Positions 23,502 to 33,109 are shown, numbered from the stretch's first letter. The stretch is DNA of 44,904 nt from Methanobacteriota archaeon (GCA_011522915.1 WTIA01000044.1:1-44904), one strand, 5' to 3'. The notes: generated from the sequence alone by a model not told the origin. Numbers and translations: made by a program.

Positions 23502-23515
23502 GCACGAGGGAGGGG
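23490..23515. promoter_or_regulatory. Perfect hairpin CCCCTCCCTC-ATGCAC-GAGGGAGGGG enclosing the start codon of the 281-aa membrane-protein gene
   Basis: 10-bp stem (8 G:C pairs) read directly. The start codon occupies 23499-23501. The element lies 25-50 nt downstream of the upstream gene's stop. Confidence 0.5.
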
Positions 23516-23539
23516 TTACCTCATGGTTTCAATTCTTGC

Positions 23540-25783
23540 CTAATCCTTACGGCTTTGAAGGCTGGCAACAACACCCGCAATAGCAATCATTGCAAGTGTT
23601 AGAATCGGAGAGACGAATGGAAGAAGTCCTTCTTCGGTTTCTTCGGTAGATTCGCCCTCTGTTTCACCTTCCCCATCATTGTACTCTGCTAAAGCCTCCT
23701 CTAGGGCATCCTCGATGATGTCATCGTTGTGCTGAGTCAAGTCTACGAGATCTGATAGAGTTGTGTCATCTTCGATTTCAGCTTCTTGCACAATTGCTTG
23801 CTGTCCAGAGAAATATTTCACTGAAAGTTGAGCAGGGGCTGTTCCGTATGAATCCGATTCTGGTCCAATCAGAGTGTACCACATGTTGCTATCATCTGAT
23901 GTTACAACCATCTGGAATCCGACAACCATGTTGCTGTTTGTATCCCAAAGAACGAACATGTCGCCGTCATCGTATGGGAAGTCCGCTTCATATCCATCTA
24001 GGCGGTATTCTAGGTTTTCACCGAAATTTTCCATTACGTTATCTAGAGTTGACTCAGAGAATCCTTCTACTATATCCTCAAGTAATTGGCTTGGCTCCAT
24101 TTCTTGTGGAACATCTGCACATACTTCCAGAGTTTCAATGATGGTGTTATTATTCGTATCCTCTAATTCTGCAGTAACACAGTGTTCACCCCAAGAGTCC
24201 GAAGACATGTATGAATTACCCCAATAGTAGGAATCACTGAAATCCAGTGAATCAAAGCCTTCTGTAATGCCATCTGAATTTGTTAGAAGAATGTCGATTT
24301 CATAGTCTCCATAATCCAAATCCCATGCGCTTACGTACACGTCAATTTGATCTTGACTCGAGATGTACATTTCCAATGACAAGTAATCACCTTCTGCGTA
24401 AGCTTCATCTCCTCCGTTGTCTAGGCTTTCAAAGATTTCTTCTGTGCTATCTTCGACCATGTCAGCTAGTGTAGGTGCTCCATCAGTTCCTTCGAATGCA
24501 TGGATGAATAGGTTAGCAATATGGCAGGTCATTCCCCACGGTAGCGGAGATGTGTAAGCCTGCATTACCTCTATTTGGTCACCGTCTGTAGTAATCATTT
24601 GAGTTCCTTCAAACAATTCAATTCCCATCTCACAAAGGTACTCTTCGTCATCAAATACGCCTGAATCAGTTGCAGAATCGCTTGCAGAGACATCCCACTC
24701 TCCTGCAGGGAAGCCTAGTTCTTCAGCTGGTAATCCGGTTAATTCGAAATTAAAACCGGTTGAGGTTGAGAAGCCACCTTGATGTGGCTCGGCTTCGTCA
24801 CCCATGCTAGGACTTGTTTCATCATAGTAGTGAGTCCAATCCAGTGAGTTTGCCCAATCATCGTTTTGGTCGAAGTCATCAGTGCAATAGTACGTGTCAA
24901 AACTTGAATAATATTCGCAGTAATACCACCAATCGTAATCCCATCCATCGTCGGTGGTGCAGTCATACATCTCACCGTTCCATTCACAGGTCCAATCATT
25001 TGCATCGAAGTCTCTCCAGTAGACGTATTCGTCTTCGTCATTACCTACTTCCCATCCAAGGTCTTCTCCTCCTTGGAGTGCAGATAGTTGTTGGAATATA
25101 TCGCTTGGTTCAGTGTAAAGAACCGAGCTTTCTGCACTGTTTACAGAGTAGTCAACGCCCATCTCCATTTGGATATTCAATGGCATTACTTTGTCTCCAT
25201 CTTGCGCTTGAAGGCTTCCTTGTAGTCCAAATCCGTATGATTGGTCAGCATCCATAGACATCTCAAGATCATGACCGTATAGAAGGTCATCTGCATCACG
25301 GTACTCGATGTAATAAGCGTCTACATTGAATACTCCTTCAGCGCTTCCGGAAATCGTCAAATCCCAGCCTGCCCTTGCGTCAGACCATTCTGTGATAATT
25401 GCCATATCAGCAACAGAACCATGTCTAACAGTAAGTTCAGTTACATGCTTAGTAACTTCGACGGTGCCCCCGTTGTAATCAAGCATTGTTGTACCATCTT
25501 CATACTGGTCGATAATCATCGAAGATGTACCGGTGAGTTCTTCCAGAATCAGCAGGTCAATTCCAGCATCATCAGCGGACTGCATGACATCTGCCAAAAT
25601 TTCATCCAATGGGAGTCCTGTCATCGATTCAAAATCGGTGTCCATATCACTCCAATCGTATTCCATTCCGAATGCGAAGTGTTCGGTTGTGGTTTCATCT
25701 GCTGCAACATTTTGTGGTAACAGTGAAGCACACAAAAGAAGCGATAGCAGAACGGCGTTAATCCTTGAGAAGCTTTTGCTCAT
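23540..25783 (-). CDS. Hyper-acidic type-I surface protein (signal peptide, ~700-aa ectodomain, C-terminal TM anchor), unknown function
   Basis: MSKSFSRINAVLLSLLLCASLLPQNVAA signal. TM helix LLPFVSPILTLAMIAIAGVVASL followed by QSRKD. Very high D/E content. No domain recognised. Confidence 0.75.
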   Translation of the reverse strand: MSKSFSRINAVLLSLLLCASLLPQNVAADETTTEHFAFGMEYDWSDMDTDFESMTGLPLDEILADVMQSADDAGIDLLILEELTGTSSMIIDQYEDGTTMLDYNGGTVEVTKHVTELTVRHGSVADMAIITEWSDARAGWDLTISGSAEGVFNVDAYYIEYRDADDLLYGHDLEMSMDADQSYGFGLQGSLQAQDGDKVMPLNIQMEMGVDYSVNSAESSVLYTEPSDIFQQLSALQGGEDLGWEVGNDEDEYVYWRDFDANDWTCEWNGEMYDCTTDDGWDYDWWYYCEYYSSFDTYYCTDDFDQNDDWANSLDWTHYYDETSPSMGDEAEPHQGGFSTSTGFNFELTGLPAEELGFPAGEWDVSASDSATDSGVFDDEEYLCEMGIELFEGTQMITTDGDQIEVMQAYTSPLPWGMTCHIANLFIHAFEGTDGAPTLADMVEDSTEEIFESLDNGGDEAYAEGDYLSLEMYISSQDQIDVYVSAWDLDYGDYEIDILLTNSDGITEGFDSLDFSDSYYWGNSYMSSDSWGEHCVTAELEDTNNNTIIETLEVCADVPQEMEPSQLLEDIVEGFSESTLDNVMENFGENLEYRLDGYEADFPYDDGDMFVLWDTNSNMVVGFQMVVTSDDSNMWYTLIGPESDSYGTAPAQLSVKYFSGQQAIVQEAEIEDDTTLSDLVDLTQHNDDIIEDALEEALAEYNDGEGETEGESTEETEEGLLPFVSPILTLAMIAIAGVVASLQSRKD

Positions 25784-25837
25784 GAATTAATTAGAAACTC
25801 GGTTACATATCAATGTAGTGCCGGCGGAAGTTACACG

Positions 25838-28800
25838 TCATATCTCGAGTTCTTCGTCAAGATATTCTTTGGACTCTCCTCCAAATACGCCCCAAGAATC
25901 TATCAAATCAATGTCTGCAAGTCGCTTTTTCCTGCGAATTACAAACCAAGCCAGTAGGGATGTGATTAACAATATCGACGCTATTCCACCTCCGATAATG
26001 AACAACGAGGAGTTATCGGTCTCTTTCTCAACAAATTCGATATTTATCGAGATGAAGTCTATCGTTTCGCCATCAAATGCTGTGACTTTGACCTGAGCTT
26101 TACCGCCTTCATTGGCAACGATGTCAATTTCTCCAATCCAAATCCCATCATTATTCTCATCCGATAAATTCAGATTCCATACCTGTAGGTTTTTTGTGAT
26201 TGTTGCGTTGATGTTGTTAGTGGTTCCATCTGGATCATCCAATACCACGCTAACAGTTACTGTAGTAACCTCATCCACAGGTACAAACTTGGGAGAAACT
26301 GTCAAATTGGATAAATCTGGGCTACTGGATGCAACGGTAATGTTTAGATGAACTTCGTCACTGCCACCTCTTCTATCTTCAACATAAAGAGAAATGTGAT
26401 GAACACCTGGTTCTAAGTTGGTAGTGAAAAACGCTGAGTTAGACATTACAGTCGGATATAATTCGCCTGTCGAATACAGCCTCCATTCCCTTTTCGTGAT
26501 ATCATTATCGGCATCCATTGTTCCATTTGAGTCTAGGATAATCAATTCACCAGGTTGATAGAATTGATTGTTCACTGGTTCGTAAACTACAACTTGAGGG
26601 TCTGATTCGACTACCAACAAAGTCACCTCTTCTTCTCTTGATAATCCGGTTTCATCAGTTAGTGTAAATGTTAACCTGTGCCCTCCAGCCTCTAGCCTAA
26701 GTTCGTGAATTTCAAGAGGATTAGAATCTGCGAGCAATACTCCCGAAATGTTACTGGATAAGTTGAATGTAAATTCATCCCCATCATAATCGATACTATT
26801 CCTAATATCAAAGTCGATAGCATCGCTCGATTTGTATCCAATACTTAGGTCGGGACTATCAAGGCTCAGCACTGGAGCAGAAGGGGCTACTTCTATGGTC
26901 AGACTAGAGGAAACCGGTTGATTGATTCCATCATCCATCGTTAATGTGATCGTGTGAATTCCGTTTGAAAGATGTGATTCGAAAATCAGCCAATCAGAAC
27001 CGTCTTCTTGCAAAACTCCATCGATATTAGATTCCCATTTGTAAATCAGGTATTCAGAGCCTGGTGCGGGTTCAAACTCTGAGCAATGCCAGTCTATTCC
27101 AGCAGGGAATGTATCGCAAGCGCTGTCATAATCCCCAGAGCCAGATGCATTGAACTCAAAGAGGTGACTAGAGTCGTGGTTCGAGGTCTCAACTGGGGAT
27201 TGAATTACCGCTTTTGGAGGACTATTTTTCACTATCAAAATCTCTGTTACTGTGCTGGTTGAGTTGACATGCTCCATTCTTCCATCGTTCACACTCAAAC
27301 TAATCACATGATTTCCTCTTGAAAGATAACCTTGCCAAGAGCTTTGGTTTGAGAGGATACCATCAAGAGAGGATTCCCACAAATATGTGATATTGTCACC
27401 CTCAGGATCCACTGTTGTGCTTACTAGACTGACCATATCTTCTGATAGATTACCTGAACGAATAATGTCGAATGATGCATTTGGCACCTCGTTGAAAAGT
27501 TCTACCGGAATCGTCCACTCTTCAGGAGAATTAATTCCGTCTGACACTGTAAGTGTCAAATCAAATGTGGAAACGACTTCATCAGCAAATGAAATATTTC
27601 CAGTTCCATTAGTGCAATTAGGTATTGATTGAGATTTACCTAGCCAATTCCAACTGCATGTCATGGCGTCGTTTTCTGGGTCATACGTTCCATTGAGGGA
27701 GAATTCAACCGGTTTTGTTATCGGCGATATTAACTCGCCCCATGGAGACAGAGCAGGGTCTGTACTAACTACAATCACTGGAGGCTGATTTGATAATTCA
27801 ATCGTTCTAGTTTCATCCACACAATTTCCTTTGTCGTCACATATTTCGAGTGTTATATCGTGTATTCCATCACTCAAACCGACGAAGTTTTGTGTACCTG
27901 AAACGTTATTTACAGTGAAAACCGAGTCGGTACCTTGCAATAACTGACCGTCTAGGGATGATGTCCAAGTGAAGGTCATCAAATCATCATCCAAGTCCCA
28001 TGACCTTGAGGCATTGAACAATATCTCGCTTTGGGAAGGATAAACAGTCTGGTCTGTGGGAGTATCCCACATGATGAAAGGTGCCTGATTTGACAGAGGA
28101 AGGTGACACCATACAGTCCTGTCTTGCGACAGAGATGTGTTAGTTGAATTTGACACGCCATCATAAGAGCAATCAATAGTCACGGTTGTGTAAGGACTTT
28201 CTCCAAGGCTGTTGTATTTCTTACCTCGCAAATCTGGGAAAAGAACTACTCCAAGGTCGCCAGTTGGATTGCCTATCGTAGATTCCAGTTGGTCAAAAGA
28301 AAGGGTTACAGATGCTGCAGGAACGCCATTCGAATTATTGTTTACAACCCAAACCTCAACGTTCCAGGCTTCTTCGATCCAGCCATTACCAACAATGGAT
28401 GCATTTGTGTAATCTATGTTTGTTGGTTGATGAAGATGGAGGTGAGAATTTGTATCCACATTCAAGATGTGACTTCCCATGTCACTGAAACCGGACCAAT
28501 TTAATTCTACATTTACGAAATTTAATTCTCCAGAACAATCGCTTGTGATGATGTTATTGTGGCCAGAAAGTTGGTCATGATTTGACAAATTCAAACAGCC
28601 TGTACCAGATAGATTTGCATTCGACAAAACGCTGTTTCTTTCGATGTTGTGATCTGCATCCCATGTAATTCCTCCATGATTACCATGCATCTCCAGTCCA
28701 TCTATTTGGCCTTCAGCACCACTGATTTCTACGGCTGGCCCACTGTGGTTAATCCATGTCTTTACGTTATCTAGGTAGAACATACCTCCCTGAACGCCTA

Positions 28801-30403
28801 TATTCAAACCACTATTATCAATCGATATTGCAGGACCGGTTAAAGGGTCATGTATCTGCAAATTTTCTAGATGTAAATCCACTGAATCTATTGCGACAAG
28901 TCCTCGGTTATTTCCAATAGATGTGCAATTTTTACAACTCACGTCTCCTGATGCTGATTCGATATCATTAGCCCTGTCGAATTCTAGACCAGCATCACCA
29001 TTTCCTCTGCTTGTCAAGTTTGAAAGGAAAACGTACCTGGCATCATCGATATGAACTCCTGAATCTTGGTTATTTTCCAAGACTAATTCATCTACTATTG
29101 TTGCTGCACTTTCGAGATAAAATCCTTCTTCTGTATTATTGTGAAGATACCAATCATTTCCTTGAATTGCTCCACCGCTAATTGCAAACACACCTGAGGT
29201 TCTTGAATTTGAAACTTCCAATCCATCAAACTTTGCTGCGAAGTAGGATGAGCGAACAGAAACCCCAGCACCATCGGCACCCGTACCATCTCCACCTGTA
29301 TTATTAACAGAAAGATTTGTGAAAACCGTTGAAGAATCAACAAAATATAACTGCACACCTACTGCAAAATTATTCTCTAGGTGCGCTTCTTCTATCCACG
29401 CACCTGTAGCGTTTATCTCTAGAGTAACTGTGGCCAATCCAGGGGTTTTAGCATCTGGCCCTCCAGTTCCACTGATTTGCAAACCCTCGATTATTGCACT
29501 CTGATAATTGGTGAAATTGGTCTTATCCTCCTTGTCTAGAACCAAGGCTTTGTACATTGAATTTCTAATATCTAAATCTCTCATTACAGCCCTTGTGATT
29601 TGGCCATCATCTATGTGGCGAATAATTGCTCCATGGTCTGCCCTATCGACAAGTGCTGTTTCGATAAGGGGTACGCTATCTTCGACCCAAATTCCTGCAG
29701 ATTGTGCCAATGTGGCACCACTGATATTGGTCAGAGACACATTTCTGATTAAACCGCCAGAATTGCCCCAAATGTTCAATCCTCTCGTTACTGCGTCGTT
29801 TACTCTCAAACCGTCGATATTTGGAGCAGACCCTGCTCCAATCGAAAGGCCGATGCCATACCTCCAGTACGAAGGGAATGACCAATCCTTTCCAGCTTCT
29901 TCGATTACCAAATTTCGTATTGTTGGAGTTGCTGAATTGAATAGATCAACTCCCACGTCATCAGGATCAAATATTGTAATATTTGCAAGATACGGGTTTG
30001 AACCATAAATTGTTACACCGTATGTAGAGTGAATTATGGATGCATTGTCAATCTTGCTCCCTCTTCCGTTTGAAGAAGTGTTGAATTGAATACCCATGTG
30101 GTCTCCACCACCAGCATAATCGAAGTACACAGGACAGGTGGAAGTTCCCTCGACAGTAATTCTGCCTTCAACGAATATCCTAACACCATTTGACATGGTG
30201 ACATTAGTACAAGCCTCGATTACTAATTCGTCGGTAACTGAGATGGTGTAGTGGTTGTTGAGTGTTACTTCTCCGTTCCAAATTGTTTGGGCACGCCCAA
30301 TAGTTTCCTTCGATTCATCATTTTCGAGAAATAATGGTGACTGAACTGATAATGAGAAAATAAGAACAAGGAATAACGCAGATGTTGCTTTACTCCTCAT
30401 CAT
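25838..30403 (-). CDS. Giant type-I surface protein: signal peptide, right-handed parallel beta-helix (PbH1) region, ~7 PKD/Ig-like domains, TM anchor and a short tail
   Basis: 1521 codons. N-terminal ~600 aa hold many ~22-aa G/N-rich turns (NASIIHSTYGVTIYGSNPYLANITIF, GLNIWGNSGGLIRNVSLTNISG, GVHIDDARYVFLSNLTSRGNGDAGLEF). PKD-like motifs include FNASRSWDLDDDLMTFTWTSSLDG, LNGTYDPENDAMTCSWNW, DPEGDNITYLWESSLDG and YDGDEFTFNL. TM helix LFIIGGGIASILLITSLLAWFVI is followed by RRKKR. Confidence 0.85.
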   Translation of the reverse strand: MMRSKATSALFLVLIFSLSVQSPLFLENDESKETIGRAQTIWNGEVTLNNHYTISVTDELVIEACTNVTMSNGVRIFVEGRITVEGTSTCPVYFDYAGGGDHMGIQFNTSSNGRGSKIDNASIIHSTYGVTIYGSNPYLANITIFDPDDVGVDLFNSATPTIRNLVIEEAGKDWSFPSYWRYGIGLSIGAGSAPNIDGLRVNDAVTRGLNIWGNSGGLIRNVSLTNISGATLAQSAGIWVEDSVPLIETALVDRADHGAIIRHIDDGQITRAVMRDLDIRNSMYKALVLDKEDKTNFTNYQSAIIEGLQISGTGGPDAKTPGLATVTLEINATGAWIEEAHLENNFAVGVQLYFVDSSTVFTNLSVNNTGGDGTGADGAGVSVRSSYFAAKFDGLEVSNSRTSGVFAISGGAIQGNDWYLHNNTEEGFYLESAATIVDELVLENNQDSGVHIDDARYVFLSNLTSRGNGDAGLEFDRANDIESASGDVSCKNCTSIGNNRGLVAIDSVDLHLENLQIHDPLTGPAISIDNSGLNIGVQGGMFYLDNVKTWINHSGPAVEISGAEGQIDGLEMHGNHGGITWDADHNIERNSVLSNANLSGTGCLNLSNHDQLSGHNNIITSDCSGELNFVNVELNWSGFSDMGSHILNVDTNSHLHLHQPTNIDYTNASIVGNGWIEEAWNVEVWVVNNNSNGVPAASVTLSFDQLESTIGNPTGDLGVVLFPDLRGKKYNSLGESPYTTVTIDCSYDGVSNSTNTSLSQDRTVWCHLPLSNQAPFIMWDTPTDQTVYPSQSEILFNASRSWDLDDDLMTFTWTSSLDGQLLQGTDSVFTVNNVSGTQNFVGLSDGIHDITLEICDDKGNCVDETRTIELSNQPPVIVVSTDPALSPWGELISPITKPVEFSLNGTYDPENDAMTCSWNWLGKSQSIPNCTNGTGNISFADEVVSTFDLTLTVSDGINSPEEWTIPVELFNEVPNASFDIIRSGNLSEDMVSLVSTTVDPEGDNITYLWESSLDGILSNQSSWQGYLSRGNHVISLSVNDGRMEHVNSTSTVTEILIVKNSPPKAVIQSPVETSNHDSSHLFEFNASGSGDYDSACDTFPAGIDWHCSEFEPAPGSEYLIYKWESNIDGVLQEDGSDWLIFESHLSNGIHTITLTMDDGINQPVSSSLTIEVAPSAPVLSLDSPDLSIGYKSSDAIDFDIRNSIDYDGDEFTFNLSSNISGVLLADSNPLEIHELRLEAGGHRLTFTLTDETGLSREEEVTLLVVESDPQVVVYEPVNNQFYQPGELIILDSNGTMDADNDITKREWRLYSTGELYPTVMSNSAFFTTNLEPGVHHISLYVEDRRGGSDEVHLNITVASSSPDLSNLTVSPKFVPVDEVTTVTVSVVLDDPDGTTNNINATITKNLQVWNLNLSDENNDGIWIGEIDIVANEGGKAQVKVTAFDGETIDFISINIEFVEKETDNSSLFIIGGGIASILLITSLLAWFVIRRKKRLADIDLIDSWGVFGGESKEYLDEELEI

Positions 30404-30503
30404 ACTCCCCTACCGCCTGCCTCTAGCATTAGATTGTTCCCCTTCACGCCTCATCTCTATTAGCATCGGCAGAGTGAATAAGGGGGGTTAGTTGGCCGGC
30501 ACG

Positions 30504-30737
30504 ATGCCTGAAGCGTTTGTCTTGTTCAAGACTGAACCAACCCGGGAGAGAGATGTCTATCTCGCCTTGTCAGGAAATCAAGCCGTTGCAGAAGTCCACG
30601 TTCTGTACGGTGAATTTGATCTACTGGTTAGAATATCATCAGAAACCTCCAACGAACTATCTAAAATGCTGATTCAAGATTTTAGACAAATAGATGGTGT
30701 TCGAGAAACTCAGACAATGATTGCAGTCGATTACTGA
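30504..30737 (+). CDS. Stand-alone Lrp/AsnC ligand-binding (RAM) domain protein
   Basis: AFVLFKTEP..ERDVY..L....V.EVHVLYGEFDLLVRI matches the RAM-domain pattern and aligns residue for residue with the downstream paralog. The track start 30492 is TTG. ATG 30504 gives the same N-terminal register as the paralog. Confidence 0.75.
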   Translation: MPEAFVLFKTEPTRERDVYLALSGNQAVAEVHVLYGEFDLLVRISSETSNELSKMLIQDFRQIDGVRETQTMIAVDY

Positions 30738-30746
30738 GGTGTTGAA

Positions 30747-30980
30747 ATGGCTACAGGATTCGTTCTAATCACTACTGAACCAGGAAGAGAACACGACGTT
30801 CGCAATAGCCTAGATGAAATTCAAGAGGTTACAAATCGTTGGATGTTATTTGGTGAATACGACCTCATAGCCAAGGTTGAAGCCGATGAAGAGTACACCT
30901 TGACAAGAGTCATTGTCGAAGAAATAAGACCAATTTCTGGAATTACAGACACCAAGACTTTACTAGGTGCAGAAATATAA
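30747..30980 (+). CDS. Stand-alone Lrp/AsnC ligand-binding (RAM) domain protein (paralog)
   Basis: GFVLITTEPGREHDVRNSLDEIQEV...LFGEYDLIAKVEA...ISGITDTKTLLG. ATG is preceded by GAGGTG. Confidence 0.8.
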   Translation: MATGFVLITTEPGREHDVRNSLDEIQEVTNRWMLFGEYDLIAKVEADEEYTLTRVIVEEIRPISGITDTKTLLGAEI

Positions 30981-33023
30981 TCACAGCATCTTATGCATTA
31001 GATCTGTGGCTTCTTTAGAAGCGCTAGGACATAGAGATAATTTCCAAAGTGAAATTGCCTCAGCCATCGCTGATAGATGATTGTGTGTCTTGAAAATCGC
31101 TCTGTAGTACCAAATCACGGCTGCAACTCTACGTGCAGATGTTATGTTAGATTGGGATTCTTTATTTGGCAACTTTATCTTGTTTAACAGAGTAATTGCC
31201 CGTTGTGAGTCACACTTTTCAATTATCGATAACTGAATCATTGTAGCTCGCAGTCCCGTTCGGGAAAAAGCCTGTTCTACCAATTTCTCAAACGAAGGTG
31301 AATTCGGTGATGTTTGTGCGATTTCTGCTCTAAGGTTCATCGCAATTATTTGCGGGTCTTCTTCATGCGTCAAGGATTGTAGATTTTGTCGGATTTCGGA
31401 AGCTTCACTCCAATTTTCTTGTGAGATGTACAATGAGTGCCTCACGTGCGCTATTGCAACGAGAATTACTTTTCTCATTTCTTCGTCTACCGAGGAAATA
31501 TCAATTCTGTCAATCAATTCGATTACGGTTTGACCTACTGGCCTACCTGGCAACCTGTCGTCCAGTCTTCTCGCTGCCTCTGAAAGCAACAACCTTACAT
31601 CTGCATTTTCAGGTACATCAGGAATGACTTCCCCCTTCAGTAAAGATACTGAATACTCCAAATCTGGTGCGTCACATTGAGCAAGATGTTCGGAGGCGAT
31701 TTCGCTTTCGCCTCTTTCAATTGCAACCATTGCGGCAATTCTGTGCAATTTTGTGGTAGGATATCTAAACAAGGCTTCACCGATCATTGATGCTAAGCCA
31801 GAACTGGAGCGAACCATCAACGATTCAGCGTTCCGTATCATTAGGGATTCAATATCTCCTTCAGAATACAGAACATGATGCATTTCGACCAATCTTGCCA
31901 AGTCCCCTTCAATGTTTGACCAATATTTTGCTGCTTTAGCATAATCATCTTTTGATAACATAGAGGAGCGAACATTCCTAACTAAATGGTGCAATTCAAC
32001 TCCGCTACTAAACCAGCGCAGCAATGCATGGTCGTCTAACTCTAACAAGAATTCTTCATGCTGTAAAATATCAGGTGGAACGGGAACTGGAAGTAAAGAC
32101 AGTTCATCCAATGCCTGGATTTCATCGCCTAATTTGGACAATACAACCTCTCTTACCCATTCCTGCAGATCCGCTCCAGATTCAGGAAGTTCTGATTCTT
32201 CGTCGTGCATTTGTAATGCCAATGGATGGCCGCCAAGTCGGCTTGCTATTATCTCCTTATTTTCTAGATGAGCAGGGAGTATTTTTGTTGCTTCAATGGT
32301 TTCTAGAGGTGGCACCTCAATTATTTCGAAACCATCTGAAATTGGTAATGGTGCTCTACTTGCCATGATTATTCTTTTCGATTTGGATGCAAAAATTTCC
32401 AATCTGCCCAAATGCCTTTGACTAACTTCTTGTAATTCATCTAAAATCAGCACTTCGTTCTTTGAAGAATTCAACACTGCTTGGTCACTTGTGAATTCAT
32501 ATTCCCAATCGTTGAAGATATCTGTTATATCTTTCAGTGATTCCATGGTAGCAAATCTAACCGTGAGTCCATCGTTTACTAGCTCCGCAGCAATTCCTCT
32601 CAGAAGAGATGTCTTCCCGATTCCAGGCAACCCTGTGAGTATCAATTTCTCTATCGATTTAACCTCTTGAATCAAACTATCTCTACCGTGTAACGTGGTT
32701 TGCATTGGCGGCTTGCCCAATAATTCTCCAACTCTTTTCTTTTGTGGTAATACCACATCTTGACATTCCGCTCTGCCTAAATCGGTTATGTGGTAGACCT
32801 TTCTTTTTCGACTACCACCTCCGATAACGTGTGCTTTTCTTTCGATCAACATTCCCTTTGCCACCAATTCGTTGAGTGGCGTATGAAGTGCGGAGCGAAC
32901 CACTCCCAAGTACTCTGACAATCCTGGTAAACAAATCTCTCTAGGCACATCCCAGGCATTTTCTAACGTTGTAGGAAAGGATGCTAGTCGAGCCAGAATC
33001 CTTGCTTCCGGCCCCGTCACCAT
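30981..33023 (-). CDS. wHTH + P-loop STAND/AAA-type NTPase + C-terminal helical-repeat protein (MalT/Arch_ATPase-like putative regulator)
   Basis: The N-terminal ~85 aa look like a winged helix (LSEYLGVVRSALHTPLNELVAKGMLIERK...KVYHITDLG). Walker A is LTGLPGIGKTSLL and Walker B is VLILDELQEV. About 400 aa of alpha-helical repeats follow. Confidence 0.7.
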   Translation of the reverse strand: MVTGPEARILARLASFPTTLENAWDVPREICLPGLSEYLGVVRSALHTPLNELVAKGMLIERKAHVIGGGSRKRKVYHITDLGRAECQDVVLPQKKRVGELLGKPPMQTTLHGRDSLIQEVKSIEKLILTGLPGIGKTSLLRGIAAELVNDGLTVRFATMESLKDITDIFNDWEYEFTSDQAVLNSSKNEVLILDELQEVSQRHLGRLEIFASKSKRIIMASRAPLPISDGFEIIEVPPLETIEATKILPAHLENKEIIASRLGGHPLALQMHDEESELPESGADLQEWVREVVLSKLGDEIQALDELSLLPVPVPPDILQHEEFLLELDDHALLRWFSSGVELHHLVRNVRSSMLSKDDYAKAAKYWSNIEGDLARLVEMHHVLYSEGDIESLMIRNAESLMVRSSSGLASMIGEALFRYPTTKLHRIAAMVAIERGESEIASEHLAQCDAPDLEYSVSLLKGEVIPDVPENADVRLLLSEAARRLDDRLPGRPVGQTVIELIDRIDISSVDEEMRKVILVAIAHVRHSLYISQENWSEASEIRQNLQSLTHEEDPQIIAMNLRAEIAQTSPNSPSFEKLVEQAFSRTGLRATMIQLSIIEKCDSQRAITLLNKIKLPNKESQSNITSARRVAAVIWYYRAIFKTHNHLSAMAEAISLWKLSLCPSASKEATDLMHKML

Positions 33024-33040
33024 GTACCGTTGCTAGGACT

Positions 33041-33074
33041 CATCAATCATGTTTCTTGCCCTTCCATGATTGCG
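33041..33074. promoter_or_regulatory. Inverted repeat CAATCATG-n13-CATGATTG (extendable with a 2-nt bulge) in the divergent STAND/uvrC spacer
   Basis: Read directly, inside the 86-bp spacer between ATG 33023 (minus) and ATG 33110 (plus). Function unknown. Confidence 0.3.
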
Positions 33075-33109
33075 ATGTATTCTTGATGGAATGTCCCTAC
33101 AATGCAAAC

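Noticed and set aside
25784-25837. Short inverted repeat TACAT-ATCA-ATGTA between the 1521-aa and 747-aa genes as a terminator
   Set aside because: The stem is only 5 bp and A/T-rich, with no flanking oligo-T. It cannot be told apart from chance.
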